Source of the DNA: Kofleriaceae bacterium
GTDB taxonomy: Bacteria > Myxococcota_A > Polyangia > Haliangiales > Haliangiaceae
DNA: 52,325 nucleotides
Assembly: GCA_965215005.1 (NCBI GenBank)
Contig: CBDCCZ010000020.1
Span: forward strand, 1-52,325
Direction of reading: 5' to 3'
Position 1 is the first letter of the stretch. Every line of letters starts with the position of its first letter. A program made the position numbers and the translations under genes. The notes under the pieces were generated by a model. It had not been told where the DNA came from, did no database searches, and saw only the letters and a program-made list of their open reading frames with translations. Shown in pieces: positions 19,893 through 32,400 of this stretch.

Positions 19893-20660
19893 GGCAAAGA
19901 GAGTTCGCGTATTTGCGGCCGTCTGCCGCCCCAGCTCGGCGACCGTCACCCCGCGCTCATGAGCGACGACCTCGGCGGTATGAACCACGAAGGCGGGTTC
20001 GTTGCGCCGGCCGCGCATCGGTACCGGCGCCAAGTACGGGCAGTCGGTCTCGATGAGAAGCTGCTCGAGGGGGACCTGGGCGACGGCGGCGCGAATCGGA
20101 TCGGCGCTCTTGCCCTTGAAGGTCACGATGCCAGAAAACGACACGAATAGCCCCATGTCGGCATAGTCTTTGGCGTCTTCGGGGGTGCCGGTGAAGCAGT
20201 GAATGACGCCGCCAGCGAGCTCGGCGCGGCGGTCGGCGAGGAGCTCTTTGGCATCGGCGTGGGCGTCGCGAATATGGCAGATCACGGGTTTTTTCAGCTT
20301 GGCGGCGAGCTCGAGAAAGCGGTCAAACGCCTGCCGCTGGGCCTGGCGATCCGAATGGTCATAGTAATAATCGAGGCCGGTTTCGCCGATTCCGACCACC
20401 CGCGGGTGATTTCCGAGCCGCTCGAGCTCGGTCCACCACGACTCCTCTAGCGAGCTGGCATCGTGGGGATGAACGCCGACCGTGGCCCAGACGTCGGGCT
20501 CGCGCTCAGCGAGCGCCACAGCGCGTGCCGGTGTTGCCAAGTCGCCGCCAGCGCCGATGCAGATGATGGCTTCGACGCCGGCGGCGCGCGCGCGCGCCAA
20601 GACTTGGTCGCGATCGGAGTCGAACTCGGGGCCGTCGATATGGGCGTGCGAATCGATCAT
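19884..20660 (-). CDS. tatD: TatD-family hydrolase/DNase
   Basis: IDSHAH, TVGVHPH, IGETGLDYYY, HIRDA, GVIHCFTG, IETDCPYLAPVPMRGRRNEP. Confidence 0.95.
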   Translation of the reverse strand: MIDSHAHIDGPEFDSDRDQVLARARAAGVEAIICIGAGGDLATPARAVALAEREPDVWATVGVHPHDASSLEESWWTELERLGNHPRVVGIGETGLDYYYDHSDRQAQRQAFDRFLELAAKLKKPVICHIRDAHADAKELLADRRAELAGGVIHCFTGTPEDAKDYADMGLFVSFSGIVTFKGKSADPIRAAVAQVPLEQLLIETDCPYLAPVPMRGRRNEPAFVVHTAEVVAHERGVTVAELGRQTAANTRTLFALT

Positions 20661-20699
20661 CGGCGCAGCTCTAGCACATAGAGAAGGCGCGCTCGGGCG

Positions 20700-21698
20700 C
20701 TATTGCAGGGTGCTGCGCACGCGAATGCTCGCCAGCGCTTCGTCGATCTCTTCGCTCAACATGCGGCCGCCGCGGCGTTGGCGAAGCTCCTCGAGCGGTC
20801 CGCGAGCCCACTCGCCGCCGATTCGGCTGAGCATTTGGACCGCCAGCCCGCGGTGCTGGACGCGCCGCGAGCGCAGCCCCGCCAAAAGGGTCTCGCGCGC
20901 TTTCATGGGCGAGTGAACCGGTGCCAGAGCCAGCAGAGCACCGGCCGCGCGAAGCTTGATGTCTAGGCCCAAGAGCACGCGATCGAGGACCGCCTCGAGG
21001 GCAGGGGCGGCATCCCGGTCGCCAATCCGCTCGAGCGCGTCGACCGCATCGAAGGCATAGTCGCGCTCGACGAGAAGTTGGCGGAGCACGGCGGCGCCGC
21101 GCGCATCGCCGAGATCGGCCAAGGCATACGCGACATCGAAGCGGGTTTTATCGACTTGGCTCGCCTGCAGCGCTGCTGCCAGGGGCTCGATCGCGAGCGG
21201 ATCGCCGACCGCGCCCAGCGCACACGCAGCGGCGCCGACGACCTCGGAGTCGGCATCGGTGAGCGCGGCGATGAGCGGCTCGCGAGCGCGCTCGGCGTCG
21301 ATCTCGGCGAGCGAGGTGGCGGCTTGGAAGCGCAGGTCGGGCGGGCCGCTCCGCAGCGCGCGCACCAGCGCTTCGAACCCGGCGGAGAATCCGAGCCGGC
21401 CCAAAGCGACGGCGGCACCTTGGCGAACCGCCGGCGCGGGATCGTCGAAACACCGCACCAGCGGCTCGATCGCGACCTCGCAGGCAAGCTCGCCGAGGCT
21501 GGTGACGGCAGCAAGGCGAACGTCCAACGTGCTGTCGGTGAGCGCTTCGATGAGGGCGCGGGCGGCGCGAGCGCGGGCGGTGGCATCGCGAACGTCGCCG
21601 AGAGCTTGAGCGGCGGCGGTGCGAGCGCTGGCGCGCGACGACGCTAGGTCCCGTAGCGCGGCTTCGAAGGTGATGGTCGGCGACGGAAACAGCGACAT
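20700..21698 (-). CDS. HEAT-repeat protein
   Basis: Repeated L.D....VR..A..ALG.LG units. Confidence 0.85.
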   Translation of the reverse strand: MSLFPSPTITFEAALRDLASSRASARTAAAQALGDVRDATARARAARALIEALTDSTLDVRLAAVTSLGELACEVAIEPLVRCFDDPAPAVRQGAAVALGRLGFSAGFEALVRALRSGPPDLRFQAATSLAEIDAERAREPLIAALTDADSEVVGAAACALGAVGDPLAIEPLAAALQASQVDKTRFDVAYALADLGDARGAAVLRQLLVERDYAFDAVDALERIGDRDAAPALEAVLDRVLLGLDIKLRAAGALLALAPVHSPMKARETLLAGLRSRRVQHRGLAVQMLSRIGGEWARGPLEELRQRRGGRMLSEEIDEALASIRVRSTLQ

Positions 21699-21816
21699 GA
21701 AACAGCCTCGTGGCGAACCGTTAGCACTTCCTGTCGCCGGTGACTAGAACCGGTGGTCATAAGGCGGCGCTTGCCCCAGCTGCCGCTGTGGTGACGGCAG
21801 TGGGCGGCCGTGCTCG

Positions 21817-22320
21817 CTAGGGCTGGTTTGAGGACCCGCGCTTGGCGAGGGCGGCGTGGCGTTCGAGAAGATCGACCTCGACGATGACCTCGGCGGCGGC
21901 GTGCGCCATCACGATCTCGTAGAGCGCCGCGCGGTCGGCGATGGCGTACGGCGCGCGGGCACCCGGACCGGGGACGATGAAGCTGGTCTCGAAGCGGCCG
22001 GTGTCGATGAAGCAGGTCTTGGTGCTGGGCGAGGCGATTACGCGGCAGACCTCCCGCCAATCGATGCGGAAGCGCTGCTCGCGCTCGGTGCCGACCTCGA
22101 GGCCGTGGTCATCGGCTACGACTCGCAGCCGCCACGCCGGTGACATCAGGTACAGGCCGCCGAGGACGACACCCGCGCCGCCGGTGACCAGGCAAAACAG
22201 CCGACTCGGTCCGTCGAGGGCAATTCCGGCAGCAACCGCGAGCAGCATGACGCCGATACCAATGGCCGCGGCCGCCAAGCCGCGAAAGCGAGGTCGAAGT
22301 GGAAAGCGGCGTGCGGTCAT
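21817..22320 (-). CDS. Hypothetical membrane protein (2 TM plus bacterial PH-like soluble domain)
   Basis: Two hydrophobic helices followed by VVADDHGLEV...IDWREV. Starts 5 nt after the PilZ gene stop. Confidence 0.65.
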   Translation of the reverse strand: MTARRFPLRPRFRGLAAAAIGIGVMLLAVAAGIALDGPSRLFCLVTGGAGVVLGGLYLMSPAWRLRVVADDHGLEVGTEREQRFRIDWREVCRVIASPSTKTCFIDTGRFETSFIVPGPGARAPYAIADRAALYEIVMAHAAAEVIVEVDLLERHAALAKRGSSNQP

Positions 22321-22325
22321 CGCGG

Positions 22326-22754
22326 TCAGCTGCGCTCTACGAGCTTGTGAATGGCGATGCGCGCGTCCAGAGGAATGGCTTCGAACAACACGCCGAAGCC
22401 TTTGGGAAGCGTCACCGAGCTGCCATCGGCGCGGGGAATCTCGCAGTCGTCCTCGCGTCGCCACAGCACCCACCCCAGCGTCTCGACCTGGCCAAAGCCT
22501 TCGAGCGGGAAGGCGAAGGCGACCCGCGCCAAAAGCGGCAGCGGTGGCCCGGCGATGAACGCACCGTTGGTGGAGAGATCGCGGATGATGGCCGGAAATC
22601 GCTGGCCCACCGTACCGCCATCGGGATGGACCCGCTGGTAGACGCGAGCCAGATTTTCGTGCAGTGGAACCTGCGGTTGACCGACCGACTCGATCGTCAC
22701 GGGCAGGTTCATCGCAATGCGGGTGGCGCGCCGTAGATCCTTTTTGTTTACCAA
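22326..22754 (-). CDS. PilZ-domain protein
   Basis: RRATR (RxxxR), DLSTNG (DxSxxG), VLWRR, GFGVLF. Confidence 0.8.
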   Translation of the reverse strand: MVNKKDLRRATRIAMNLPVTIESVGQPQVPLHENLARVYQRVHPDGGTVGQRFPAIIRDLSTNGAFIAGPPLPLLARVAFAFPLEGFGQVETLGWVLWRREDDCEIPRADGSSVTLPKGFGVLFEAIPLDARIAIHKLVERS

Positions 22755-22881
22755 GCTGTTCTGCCCCCCGACTCGTTGGCTTCGTCCCGCAGGCTTGGCG
22801 CCCTACCGAAGAGCGCGAGCGAAACTGGCAAGTCGCTGTTGTTCATTGCTTTGGAATCGCTCGCCCGCAACGCGGTGCCGA

Positions 22882-24896
22882 CTAACGAACGCGTGTACCC
22901 GCAGGAACGTCCATGTCAATGCTGGACAAGCCGAGGATATCGCGTTCGCCAGCCGCGAGGATCATACCGTGTGACTCGACGCCGCGAATCGTCGCCGGCT
23001 CGAGATTGGCGACTAGGATAACCTTGCGGCCTATCAGCTGCTCGGGGCGATAGGCTTCGGCGAGCCCCGCCACGACCTGCCGTGGCGCTGCCTCTCCGAC
23101 ATCGACTTGCAGACGCAGCAGCTTGGAGGTCTTGGGCACCGGCTCGGCAGCGACGATGACGGCGACGCGCAGCTCCATGCGCAAAAAGTCGTCGTATGCA
23201 ATTCGCTTGCTCGACGTCTGCCCCGTCGCTTGTGGGGTTGATGGCGGTTTCGTGGCCGATGCGGCCGCGGGCGTCGCGCTGCTATCGGCCTTCTTGTCGG
23301 CGGGAATCCACTTGTCGAGCAGCGCCGTCTGCTGGACCTCATCGATACGGGGAAACAGCGGCTCAGCACGCTGGACCGCGAGCCCCACCTCGAGCTCGCT
23401 GCCGAAGGCCTCGGCTCGGGGCCAGCGGGAGAGGGCGGCGGCAGCGACCGCGTCATCGAGGCCGAGCTGCGCGAGGATTTGCAGCGCCTTGTCGGGCATC
23501 ACCGGGGCGATCATGCGCGCCGACCAGAACAGCGACTCGAGGTAGGTGTGGGTGGCGTGCTCGAGCTCGGCGCGGTGGGCCGGATTTTTGGCCATGGACC
23601 AAGGCTGGCACGTGTCGACGTAGCGATTGGTCTCGCGCACCAGCCGCCAGATCGACTCGAGCGCCCGCGATGGGGCAAAGGTTTCGAAGTGCGCGGCAGC
23701 TTCCGCCGCGACGCTCCGCGCCGTGTCCGCCAACGCAGCGTGATGGTCACGAGCGGCGATGTCGGCGTGAGCGGGCGGTACCTTGCCGTCGGTGAACTTG
23801 CTCGTCATGGTGAGCGAGCGGTTCAAGAGGTTGCCGAGGTCGTTGGCGAGGTCGGAGTTGTAGCGGCCGATGAGCGACTCGTAGCTGAAGTCGCCGTCGC
23901 CCCCCAGCGGCACCTCGCGCAGCAGGAAGTAGCGCAGCGCATCGGCGCCGAGGTCCGCAGCGAGCTCATTGGGATCCACGCGCGTTGCCGGCATCGACTT
24001 AGAGATCTTCTCGCCGCGCACGGTCCACCACCCGTGGGTGTAAATCGTCTTGGGCAGCGGCAGTTTGGCGCTCATCAACATGCACGGCCAATACACCGCG
24101 TGGAAGCGCAGAATGTCTTTGCCGATGAGGTGACAGCTCGCCGGCCAATAGCGCTGATAGGCGTCACTGTCGAAGCCGCCGAGCGCCGAAATGTAGTTGG
24201 TGAGCGCGTCGATCCACACGTAGACAACGTGTGCCGGCTCGTCGGGCACCTTGATGCCCCACTGAAACGTGGTGCGACTCACCGACAGATCGCGGAGGCC
24301 GCTCTTGACGAACGAGAGCACCTCGCGGCGATACGCCTCGGGCTGAACGAACTCCGGGTGCGTCTCGATATAGCGAGCGAGCGCCTCGCCATAGCGCGAC
24401 ATGCGAAAGAAGTACGAGGGTTCCGACACCCAGGTGCACGCGGCCTTGTGAATCGGACAGCTGTTTTTCTTGCCGTCTGCCGCGTCTTCGAGCTGATTCT
24501 CCGGGTAGAATGCCTCGCAGCTGACGCAGTACCAACCGTCGTAGCTGCCGAGGTAGATGTCACCGGAGTCGACCATCCGCCGCCACATCTGCTCGACCAC
24601 CTGCTTGTGGCGCGGCTCCGTGGTGCGAATGAAGTCGTCGTGAGAGATGCCGAGCATCTCCCAGGTCTGGCGAAACCGCACCACGACCTCGTCGGCCAGC
24701 TCTTGTGGCGCTTTGCCGCGACGACTGGCCGCTTCTTCGATCTTTTGTCCGTGCTCGTCGGTGCCGGTGAGCAGATACGTCGACTCGCCGCGCATCCGAT
24801 GAAAGCGCGCCAACGCATCGGCGGCGATGGTCGTATACGCGTGGCCAAGATGAGGAACGTCGTTGACGTAGTAGATCGGCGTCGTGATGTAGAAGC

Positions 24897-24900
<4 letters not shown>
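22882..24900 (-). CDS. metG: Methionyl-tRNA synthetase with C-terminal tRNA-binding (EMAP/Trbp) domain
   Basis: YITTPIYYVN, HLGH, TGTDEHGQKI, CVSC/CPIH knuckle, GKDILRFH, KISKS, and C-terminal OB fold (NLEPATIRGVESHGMIL). Confidence 0.97.
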
Positions 24901-27427
<2,527 letters not shown>

Positions 27428-27519
27428 CGGTCGAACGCTAGCACATCCCGTGCTTTGTGACGCGTCTTGGGACGCGTCGCTGTGGCGCCAGCGCGACGCA
27501 GACGGTACTCTCCGCGGTC

Positions 27520-28782
27520 ATGTTCGCTGCGTTCCGCCCGGTCCCCAAGACGGGCGTCATTTATGTGACCAGCGAGGCCAAGCGGCGCGGATTCGATGGC
27601 GCCGACCTCGACTGGTGCAATCTCGGCCAAGGCATGCCCGAAACCGGTCCCCTTGCCGGCGCTCCTGCGCGAATCTCGTCGCTGGCCATCGACCACGGCG
27701 ATCTCGAGTACGCGCCGGTCGCCGGCCTCGCCGAGCTACGCGAAGCCGTCGCCAGCTATTACAACCACGCTCACCGCCGCGGCATGGCGTCGCAGTACAC
27801 CGCCGACAACGTTGCGATCTGCGGCGGCGGCCGCACCGGTCTCACCCGGCTCGCCGCTGCCCTCGGGCACATCAACCTCGGGCACTTCTTACCCGACTAC
27901 ACCGCCTACGAAGAGCTCCTCGACATCTTTCGCCTCTTCGCGCCGATCCCCATCGTCTTGGAAGCCGAGCGCGGCTATTCGTTCTCCGCCGAGGAGCTGC
28001 GGCGAGAAATCACCGGACGCGGATTGTCGGCGCTGCTACTGAGCAATCCCTGCAACCCCACCGGGAAAGTCGTCGGCGCCAACGAGCTCGCCGACTGGGT
28101 CGGCATCGCTCGCGACCTCGACTGCACGCTGCTGCTCGACGAGTTCTACTCGCACTACGTCTGGCGGCCCGACTTAACGGCGCAAGGCGGGGTCGTAAGC
28201 GCCGCTCGCTATGTGGAAGACGTCGATCGCGACCCGGTGGTCATTCTCGATGGCCTGACCAAGAACTGGCGCTATCCCGGCTGGCGCGTCACTTGGATCG
28301 TTGCTCCACGCCCTATCATCGAGGCGGTCTCGAGCGCCGGCTCGTTCCTCGATGGCGGGGGCTCGCGGCCGCTGCAGCGCGCGGCGATCCCGCTGCTCGA
28401 GGTCGAGTCCTGCCGGGCCGAGACCACTGCCATCCACACCGAGTTCAGCAAGAAACGCCAGCGGCTGCTAAATGGGCTGCGCGATCTCGGGTTCGTGGTC
28501 GACTTGCCGCCCGAGGGTACCTTTTATATATGGGCTTCTGCGGCCCACCTGCCGCCGGCGCTCGCTGATGGGATGGGATTTTTTCAGCATGCACTGGCCC
28601 GCAAGGTCATCTGCGTGCCCGGCGAGTTCTTCGACGTCGATCCCGGCAAACGCCGCGGCGGCCGTCCCTCGCGCTTTCGCGGCCACCTGCGATTCTCCTT
28701 TGGTCCGGTCATGCCGCAGCTCGACAAAGCGCTCGCGCGCATCGCGGAGCTCATAGACGATGGCGCCCGCGGCGCCCTCTGA
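27520..28782 (+). CDS. PLP-dependent aminotransferase class I/II
   Basis: NLGQGMPE, YAPVAGLAELREAVA, SNPCNPTG, DEFY, GLTKNWRYPGWRV, PEGTFY, LRFSF. Confidence 0.92.
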   Translation: MFAAFRPVPKTGVIYVTSEAKRRGFDGADLDWCNLGQGMPETGPLAGAPARISSLAIDHGDLEYAPVAGLAELREAVASYYNHAHRRGMASQYTADNVAICGGGRTGLTRLAAALGHINLGHFLPDYTAYEELLDIFRLFAPIPIVLEAERGYSFSAEELRREITGRGLSALLLSNPCNPTGKVVGANELADWVGIARDLDCTLLLDEFYSHYVWRPDLTAQGGVVSAARYVEDVDRDPVVILDGLTKNWRYPGWRVTWIVAPRPIIEAVSSAGSFLDGGGSRPLQRAAIPLLEVESCRAETTAIHTEFSKKRQRLLNGLRDLGFVVDLPPEGTFYIWASAAHLPPALADGMGFFQHALARKVICVPGEFFDVDPGKRRGGRPSRFRGHLRFSFGPVMPQLDKALARIAELIDDGARGAL

Positions 28783-29923
28783 CAGGCATCCCACCGTCGA
28801 GCACCGCCCGCCGACCGGGCCGGTGCCGCGTCGCTGGAAGCAGTGGGCGCAGCGGGCCTGGTGGCTGCACAGCGCGTGGGCGTTGCTGTTCGGTTGCGGG
28901 GTGATGATCTTCGCCCGCAAGGGCCTGGAGTACGCCGACACCATCCTCATGGTCCTGATGGTGTCGTGGTTGGCGATGTTCGTCGCGTTTCGCACGATCG
29001 TTGGACCCGCCAACCGCTCACCTCACGAGCGCATGGCCAAACGCGGCGTCCGCCTGGTGACCAACTACTTCATCAAGCAGCTCTATCAACAGATGTTCTT
29101 CTTCTTGGTGCCGCTCTACGCCGCGAGCGCCACCTGGTCGTTGGGATCCTTCAACTGGTGGCTGCCGCCGCTGCTGCTTGCGCTGGCGGTGGTGTCGACG
29201 TTGGATCTGGTGTTCGACAACTTCATCATGGAGCGCCGAATCATCGCTTCGGCCATGTACGGCGTGGCGATGTTTGGGGTCCTCAACGTGATGTTGCCCA
29301 TGGTCTTCGGCGTGCGGCACTTCCAAGGGCTTCTCATCGCCGCGGCTGCCACCCCTCCGGCGGTGGCACTGCTCAGCTTTCCGACCCGTCGCGTGTTGGC
29401 GCTTCGCGGCATTGCGATCACCTTCGGGGTGACCGGATTGATGATTTTAGGCGCCTATTTTGGCCGCGCCGCGGTTCCGCCTACGCCGCTGGCGATGATC
29501 GCCGGCGCGGTCGGCCACGGCACCGAAGGCTCCTACGAGTGCGTCCCTGCCTCCAAGCGCGTATTGCGCGGCGCGCAGCTCGATGGCCTGCGCTGCGGCG
29601 CGCTGCTGAGCAAGCCCGGCGGTCTCACGGAGCCGATCGTTCACCGCTGGACGCACGGTCGCCGGCTGGTTTACGTGACCGAACCGGCGCGGGTCGATGG
29701 CTGCGACGAGGAGGGGCCGGTCTATCGCTCCTACCTGCCGCCCAGCCGCCTGCCCGCTGATCCCACCGGGTCGTGGACCTGCAAGACGGAGACGATGGAC
29801 GGCCAACTGGTCGGGATGCGGCGATTCAAAGTCATCGCTCCGCCCACCACGCGCGTGACGCCCTCGGGGGCCGGCCGTCGCGATCCCTTCGACCGCGACC
29901 CTCGCCAGTCCGGGCGGCGGTAG
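28760..29923 (+). CDS. Multi-pass membrane protein with C-terminal soluble domain (DUF5924/DUF2914-like)
   Basis: About 8 TM helices, Q.LYQQMFFFLVPLY..SA motif, C-terminal IVHRW...GSWTC..ET.DGQLVG...F.V. Confidence 0.7.
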   Translation: MAPAAPSDRHPTVEHRPPTGPVPRRWKQWAQRAWWLHSAWALLFGCGVMIFARKGLEYADTILMVLMVSWLAMFVAFRTIVGPANRSPHERMAKRGVRLVTNYFIKQLYQQMFFFLVPLYAASATWSLGSFNWWLPPLLLALAVVSTLDLVFDNFIMERRIIASAMYGVAMFGVLNVMLPMVFGVRHFQGLLIAAAATPPAVALLSFPTRRVLALRGIAITFGVTGLMILGAYFGRAAVPPTPLAMIAGAVGHGTEGSYECVPASKRVLRGAQLDGLRCGALLSKPGGLTEPIVHRWTHGRRLVYVTEPARVDGCDEEGPVYRSYLPPSRLPADPTGSWTCKTETMDGQLVGMRRFKVIAPPTTRVTPSGAGRRDPFDRDPRQSGRR

Positions 29924-29972
29924 CGGCGGCCTCAGCGGCCGGGCCATAGCACCGGCTGATTCTCTGGCCCCG

Positions 29973-29992
29973 GTGGCAACTGCATTTGCCAC
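29973..29992. promoter_or_regulatory. Perfect inverted repeat GTGGCAA-N6-TTGCCAC, candidate bEBP upstream activating sequence
   Basis: Read directly; lies about 105 bp upstream of a -24/-12 element. Confidence 0.5.
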
Positions 29993-30095
29993 GGCAACTC
30001 CGCCATCCGCCGCACCTGCGAGGTGTGCGCATCGCTCCAGCTCCGCCTGCGGGATCGCCCCCTCGTAAATCGGCGTCGATCCCGGTCAAACCGCA

Positions 30096-30111
30096 TGGCT
30101 GACGAATTGCA
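30096..30111 (+). promoter_or_regulatory. Sigma-54 (-24/-12) promoter
   Basis: TGGCTGACGAATTGCA matches GG-N10-GC with TTGCA; 35 nt before the GTG start, which has a GAGGAGG RBS. Confidence 0.65.
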
Positions 30112-30146
30112 TTAGGCGCGGGCAGTTCCCAGACGAGGAGGATTCT

Positions 30147-31187
30147 GTGAAGAATTTAGTTGGTCTATCATTGTTCGTGTTGCTAGCCGCCTGCACCGGT
30201 GGTGCTTCAACCCCTGAGCTGGCGCAACAGCGCGCCGCGTTGGCCGCCCAAAGTGGCGCTGGCGATGTCTGCGAGTACTACGGCTGGTACGGCGATGGGG
30301 TGTGCGACGAGTTCTGCCCCGAGCCCGATCCCGACTGCGGTCCGGTGGCGCAAGGGTGCGGCGGAATCGCCGGCTTGCTCTGCGCCGAAGACCAGTACTG
30401 CCAGTACGGCGCCGACCAGAGTTGCGGCTATGCCGACCAGCTCGGCACCTGCGCAGCGATGCCGCAAGTCTGCACGCGCGAGTTCCTGCCGGTCTGCGGC
30501 TGCGATGGCCAGACCTACAGCAACGATTGCATGGCTCGCGCCGCCGGTACCAGCGTCGCATCGCAAGGGGCATGCGGCGGAGACACGCTGCAGGAGCCGC
30601 GCGAGTGCGGCGGGATGACTGGCCTCGCCTGCGGCGAAGGCGAGTTTTGCCGCTATGAGATCGGCGATATCTGCGGCGCCGCCGACGCGCTCGGTACCTG
30701 TACCGCGATTCCCGATGCCTGCACGGAGCAATACGAGCCGGTTTGCGGCTGCGATGACCAGACTTACGGCAACGCCTGCGCGGCCAGCGCGGCCGGCGTG
30801 AGCGTGGCCAGCGAGGGCGAATGCGCCACCGAGGCGACGGTGTGCGGCGGCTGGGCGGGGAACACCTGCAGCGCCGATGAGTACTGCGACTTCGAGCTCG
30901 AAGCGATCTGTGGCGCTGCCGATGTGCCGGGCACCTGCAAACCGCGCCCGGAGGTCTGCACGCAGCAATACGAGCCGGTCTGCGGCTGTGACGGAACAAC
31001 CTATTCCAACCAGTGCGTCGCCGCGGCCAACGGCGCCGGCATCTCGTCAATGGGCGAGTGCGCTCCCCCGCCGCAGACCTGCTTTGGCTACTGCGGCGGC
31101 GAGGCGCCTACGGGCTGCTTCTGCGATGACCAATGCGCCACCTACGGCGACTGCTGCCCGGACATCGAGCTGGCTTGCCAGGGTTGA
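30147..31187 (+). CDS. Cys-rich lipoprotein with three Kazal-type domains and C-terminal somatomedin-B-like domain
   Basis: Lipobox LAAC, three copies of CT....PVCGCD..TY.N.C.A...G......G.C, N-terminal WYGDGVCDEFC, C-terminal C.CDDQCATYGDCCPD. Confidence 0.85.
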   Translation: MKNLVGLSLFVLLAACTGGASTPELAQQRAALAAQSGAGDVCEYYGWYGDGVCDEFCPEPDPDCGPVAQGCGGIAGLLCAEDQYCQYGADQSCGYADQLGTCAAMPQVCTREFLPVCGCDGQTYSNDCMARAAGTSVASQGACGGDTLQEPRECGGMTGLACGEGEFCRYEIGDICGAADALGTCTAIPDACTEQYEPVCGCDDQTYGNACAASAAGVSVASEGECATEATVCGGWAGNTCSADEYCDFELEAICGAADVPGTCKPRPEVCTQQYEPVCGCDGTTYSNQCVAAANGAGISSMGECAPPPQTCFGYCGGEAPTGCFCDDQCATYGDCCPDIELACQG

Positions 31188-31233
31188 TGATCCTATCGGC
31201 GAGCGACCTGTGCGTCGCTCGCCTCGCCCGACG

Positions 31234-32193
31234 CTAGAGTCGCAGCGTGACGACCAACGTTAGGCCGAACGTGTCGCCGACATCGCCGAGGTCGCGTGCT
31301 CCGAGCTGTGCCGCCAGGTCGAGCTGATTCGAGCTCGAGTACACCAACCGGGCGCTCAGCGGCACCAGCTCATCCTCTTCGTTCTCATCGAACGTCTCCA
31401 CCCCAATCTCCCCCACCAGCGCTAAATTGGCGCGCAGCTGATAGATGACCCCGCCGAGCAGACGCAGGGCGTAGTCGGGCAGCAGCGTGCCGCTTTCCTC
31501 TTGGCTTGCCATTGTTTCGTTGCGAGCTGCATCGTCGAGCTCGGGGATGAATTTCACCAGCTTGACGCTGAGCAAGTCGTGACCGCCAATCAGCGCCCAG
31601 TTGCCGAAGCGAAATCGCAGCGGCGCGCCAAACGTGACGCCGATGGCCAACGGGTCGAGATAGAGCGGGACGGAAAGCTGCGCGGCGAGGAAGTCGGTGA
31701 GGAGGTAGAGGCCGTCTACGGCGACTGCTTTGCCGGTGACAAAATCGTCTTCGGTGAGAGTGCCGGGGTTGTAACGCAGGCCGAGCTGCGCGCGGTCGGT
31801 GATGCCGTAATCGGCTTCGAGCGTGACGCTGGCCGCGAATGGATCGACGAGCACCGGCGCGGTGACCTCTAGCTCCGACATGCCCGCCCACAAGGTGATC
31901 GGCCGCTGCGCCAGCGCCAGCGGATACTGCCGCGGTTGCTTGACCATCGGCGTCGCGGGCGTCGCCGTCACGCGCGCTTGATTGTAGTCGCGCGGGGCAT
32001 CCGGGTTTTCATCGGCGCCGGCGGGACTTTCGAGGTCTGCCGTGGGCATCGGGGTGTCGTCGAGCTCGACCTCATCGCCGCCGAAGTCGTCTGGCTCGGG
32101 TTCGGGTTGGCTCCAAGCGAGGCTCGGCGCGAACAAGATGACGGCGCTGGTGAGTGCCGCGCGGGTGCGAAGGCGGACGTGAGTCTGCATCAT
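31234..32193 (-). CDS. Hypothetical exported protein, probable outer-membrane beta-barrel
   Basis: Signal peptide (APSLAWSQ), acidic linker, YP..L.QRPITL..GM motif, amphipathic strands ending TLRL. Confidence 0.65.
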   Translation of the reverse strand: MMQTHVRLRTRAALTSAVILFAPSLAWSQPEPEPDDFGGDEVELDDTPMPTADLESPAGADENPDAPRDYNQARVTATPATPMVKQPRQYPLALAQRPITLWAGMSELEVTAPVLVDPFAASVTLEADYGITDRAQLGLRYNPGTLTEDDFVTGKAVAVDGLYLLTDFLAAQLSVPLYLDPLAIGVTFGAPLRFRFGNWALIGGHDLLSVKLVKFIPELDDAARNETMASQEESGTLLPDYALRLLGGVIYQLRANLALVGEIGVETFDENEEDELVPLSARLVYSSSNQLDLAAQLGARDLGDVGDTFGLTLVVTLRL

Positions 32194-32400
32194 CGACACG
32201 AGAGGGTACTCCAGTCGCCGGCTGGTTTGGCCGCGCGCGGCGCAGTTCTGCGGCGCCGGTCTAAAAGTGGCCAATCCACCGTGGCGCTGGCGCTGGCGGT
32301 GACGCGACGGCGTTTCGCTGCCGTGGTGCCAGCCAAGATCCTGCGGCGGCCAAGAGCAGCCCAAGGATCGTGCGGCGTCGCACCGGCGTTTTCGCTGCGC

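Noticed and set aside
23995..24012. KISKS instead of KMSKS in MetRS as a sign of inactivity
   Set aside because: Conservative variant with the catalytic second Lys retained; all other motifs are intact.
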